From Mobula hypostoma (taxonomy: Eukaryota), in assembly GCF_963921235.1 (NCBI RefSeq), contig NC_086097.1:220908001-220972000 (forward strand): 64,000 bases of DNA. The letters run 5' to 3'. The position numbers and the translations under genes are program-made. This document shows, piece by piece, positions 62,270 through 64,000 of this stretch. How positions within the stretch are numbered: the first letter of the stretch is position 1; the number at the start of each line of letters is the position of its first letter. Under the pieces are notes generated by a model. The model ran no database searches and was not told where the DNA came from. It saw only the letters and a list, made by a program, of their open reading frames with translations.

Positions 62270-63124
62270 TATTGATACGCCCTGCTTAAACGTCAGGGCC
62301 CTTTGGGGAAGAGGGAGTGCGAGGCTAGACTGTAAGCACCCTAAACTGGGGTAATTGACGGCGCAAAGTTTCGCGCCCCTTGCATCCAGGTTCAGTCTTG
62401 ACGTCCAGTGCTAAAACTTGCACTTTTCCCGTGGCTACGCGCGTTTCAGAGTCATGCAGATGTGTAGATTAATTGGCAATTCGAAACTGCTTCTGATGTG
62501 AAAGTAAGTGGCGGAATCTGGGCGGGGTGATGGATGTGGAGGAAAGAATGGAATTAATGCAGAGTTGGTGGCAGTGGTTCGCTTCCGTGCTGTATGACTT
62601 TCTAGGAGTCAGATTTTTCACTACCGGGTAATTTGTTTCATTAAACACTTGAATTCCAAGTCGAGAAAGCAGACCGCCTCCACCGAAACTGAAAGTATTG
62701 CCTTGTGTTCGAGTCGCTGTAAGGGCTTTTATTGAGGTAGGAAACTGTTTGCCTGTGGGAACTGGCCATCAGTGTTTTCATATTAGTAATTAAGAAAAAA
62801 GGAAGCAAAACTTCTCTGTAAGGATGTCCGAAGATTTCTAAACAGATGAATGAGCAACCGTTACCACATTCGGATGTGAACGCACGAAAACAACACGCTG
62901 AAATCCTCCGCCTCTTCCTCGTCAGTTTACATACGGACTTTACCCCAACACTGGAAATAACCTGTGTCATTTGACGCTCACGCTCGTCCCTACCCAAATG
63001 TAAACTATTCTTAACGATGAATCCATTAAAGCTTCATTTCTGAGAACCGGGTCATAGAAAATGGAAAGGAACTCTTCGCCAGCAAAGGATATAGATTGAA
63101 AACAGGGAGGATTAACGGTGGATT
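62270..63124 (+). promoter_or_regulatory. CpG-enriched unique region upstream of the XKR9 ATG; candidate promoter or 5' UTR
   Basis: TTTCGCGC (62369-62376), GC box (62520-62528), CTTCCG (62583-62588), GAAACTGAAAGT (62685-62696). Confidence 0.5.
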
Positions 63125-63429
63125 ATGGCAATCGAGCGAAACTTTTGCAAGTACAGTTTTGCGCTGACCCTACTTGGATTTCTGCTGTACCTGACCGACA
63201 TTGGGACCGATCTCTGGGTTGCTGTAGTGTATCTTAAAGACGGACACATTGTGTGGTGTATTCTGGTGGTGTCTGTGATGCTGGTCTCTGCTATAATCCT
63301 GCAGAGTTTCAGCTGGTCGTGGTACAAAGATGATGAGAACAGTTCAGATGGATGTCACGGTCCGCACGCCCGAGGCTGCTGTTCGTGGTTCGGTGTACTG
63401 CATGTTTTCCAGATGGGCGTGCTGCTACG
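63125..63429 (+). CDS. XKR9: XK-related protein (XKR9-like scramblase), first coding exon
   Basis: LYLTDIGTDLWVAVVY...QSFSWSWY...LHVFQMGVLLR XK-family pattern, phase-2 GTAAGT donor after R; divergent neighbour of LACTB2 as in human. Confidence 0.85.
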
Positions 63430-63879
63430 GTAAGTACCGCTCAGCCAAATTAGTCTCCCGTTTGTCCAGTTCGCTTACATCAATTTTTTATAATATTCGT
63501 CTAGTTGTTGCGAATGATCGGGAAGTTTAGCTAATTGGGCAGACGTGGAAAATTTAGAATTACTAGGAATTGGAAAGGAGGCATACTTTATCTCAACTAT
63601 GAAAAGCTTGTGAAATTGGGCGGGGTTTATTGGCAATTTGCTAATTTTCTAGCCCATCTAGGCTATTTATTTTTTCTGGAGCAAAAATCACTCACCCAGC
63701 TGGAAACCACATTGTTTTACACTTCGAAAGGACGTAGAAAAGTCCAGTTCGGGAGATTCACACAGCACATCATGAAAATGATATTGGCTGTTGGTAGTTC
63801 AGCATGGTTGACAATGATCACAAATTGCAGAAACGCCGCCCACACCCCATTGTTACCCAGGTGGAAATCTGTTTGACGA

Positions 63880-64000
63880 TACAGTAAGGTAGAAGGGCTG
63901 AAATGTGTGTACCTCAATGCAAGAAGCATCAGGAACAAAGATGATGAACTGAGATCTTGGATACATACATGGAATTATGATGTAGTGGCCATTACAGAGA
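63880..64000 (+). mobile_element. Start of a CR1 ORF2 endonuclease, running off the window
   Basis: LKCVYLNARSIRNKDDELRSWIHTWNYDVVAITE. Confidence 0.8.

Overview
Vertebrate genomic DNA, most likely a cartilaginous fish (ray-like; inferred from the repeat landscape only). Two host genes face away from each other: LACTB2 coding exons 1-5 on the minus strand (40552 to 2107, remainder off the left edge) and the first coding exon of an XKR9-like gene on the plus strand (63125-63429). LACTB2 intron 4 holds a ~15.2 kb two-LTR endogenous retrovirus (2865-18020) in the same orientation as the gene. It has a CTGG target-site duplication (TSD), LTRs ~98% identical, a tRNA-Ser primer-binding site, 8 x 61-bp leader repeats and a gamma-type Env. 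Unusual features are a 2H-phosphoesterase-like domain between protease and RT, a TA rather than TG U3 end, and an Env with two furin-type sites. The provirus is defective: most of RT/RNase H is deleted, and an L1 and two Penelope-like elements (PLEs) have inserted into it. The rest is dense with CR1, Rex1/Babar, L2, Nimb-like, Tc1 and Harbinger-like relics, a Nin-domain SINE, and PLE 3' ends carrying minimal hammerhead ribozyme motifs, often as palindromes. All calls come from reading the sequence and recalling family motifs; no searches were run.
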